DNA of 35,326 nucleotides from Parcubacteria group bacterium Gr01-1014_13 (GTDB lineage Bacteria; Patescibacteriota; Patescibacteriia; Magasanikbacterales; GWA2-37-8): NCBI GenBank assembly GCA_007376295.1, contig VMGB01000001.1, positions 248,643 to 283,968 of the forward strand, read 5' to 3'. Shown piece by piece: positions 34,933 to 35,326 of this stretch (position 1 is its first letter; each line of letters starts with the position of its first letter). The notes under the pieces were generated by a model. It saw only the letters and a program-made list of their open reading frames with translations, ran no database searches and was not told where the DNA came from. The position numbers and the translations under genes were made by a program.

Positions 34933-35028
34933 AAATTACAAAGGCCCCGAAAGTGCTTGGTATCATGTAGGAATCGTCCCCTCCTTCGATTTCTTTACTC
35001 TTACCAAGCACTGTCGGGGTCTTTTTTG
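34933..35028 (+). ncRNA. Candidate ~95-nt hairpin sRNA with anti-SD loop
   Basis: Three stacked helices (34941-50/35014-23, 34952-62/35002-12, 34969-76/34987-94), loop TCCCCTCCTT, ends in a T run. Confidence 0.5.
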
Positions 35029-35073
35029 TTTAAAAAAAGAACCCCATCAAATGACAGGGTCTTAACTTACTTA

Positions 35074-35325
35074 TTACTTTCTATTTTGCCACAGCACTCG
35101 GGCTTCTTCCCATGCCCGGCGCATATTATCGGGAATTATTGGATTTTCTACCCAACAAACATTTATCGGCTCAGAAGACGAAGTCGACCAACGAGCGACC
35201 TCATCTATCAATGCGGCGCTGGTGGGACAAGCTTGCTTAAACGCAACCACTTCACCATCTAAACCATTTATCAGATACTTATCGGTCTTAGACTTTGTTT
35301 TTTGGAAATCTTTAACCGAGAATAC
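35074..35325 (-). CDS. 3' end of hypothetical protein (runs off window end)
   Basis: Open frame ...INVCWVENPIIPDNMRRAWEEARVLWQNRK followed by TAA TAA; terminator-like hairpin near 35033-35063. Confidence 0.65.
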   Translation of the reverse strand, partial: VFSVKDFQKTKSKTDKYLINGLDGEVVAFKQACPTSAALIDEVARWSTSSSEPINVCWVENPIIPDNMRRAWEEARVLWQNRK

Positions 35326-35326
35326 C

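Noticed and set aside
34933-35028. SRP RNA or 6S RNA identity for the hairpin
   Set aside because: No GGAA tetraloop with the SRP domain IV internal loop; too short and no central bubble for 6S
34957-35262. 101-aa plus-strand ORF
   Set aside because: Crosses a hairpin and terminators and is antisense to a better frame

Overview
Bacterial chromosomal window, AT-rich, standard genetic code (TGA used as stop). Compact core genes without Shine-Dalgarno (SD) sites, the smpB-ssrA-infC linkage and large low-complexity orphan proteins suggest Patescibacteria/CPR (Parcubacteria-like); this taxonomy is inference. Core content: iscS(partial)-rrf2-RNaseH-like-thiI, rlmN, transketolase, LTA-synthase-like sulfatase, hpf, murB, glycoside-hydrolase/FG-GAP protein, O-antigen ligase-like, Wzz-like, inactive HtrA-like, smpB, tmRNA, infC-rpmI-rplT. 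Four things stand out. (1) A GC-rich three-gene island (21.9-24.5 kb) encodes a lipoprotein, a membrane-anchored coiled coil and what reads as an 8-stranded outer-membrane beta-barrel, in an organism expected to lack an outer membrane. (2) Orphan genes occur as self-contained cassettes with near-consensus sigma70 promoters, mostly strong SD sites and intrinsic terminators, unlike the SD-less core genes. (3) A promoter-hairpin-terminator sRNA candidate after rplT displays the anti-SD sequence CCUCCUU in its loop. (4) An unusual peptidoglycan operon (ATP-grasp, NlpC/P60, MraY with an insertion, ATE/Bpt-like aminoacyl-tRNA transferase, MurC/Mpl ligase) lies next to a LysW-like protein and a PLP enzyme. 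No tRNA, rRNA, CRISPR array, integrase or transposase was recognised.
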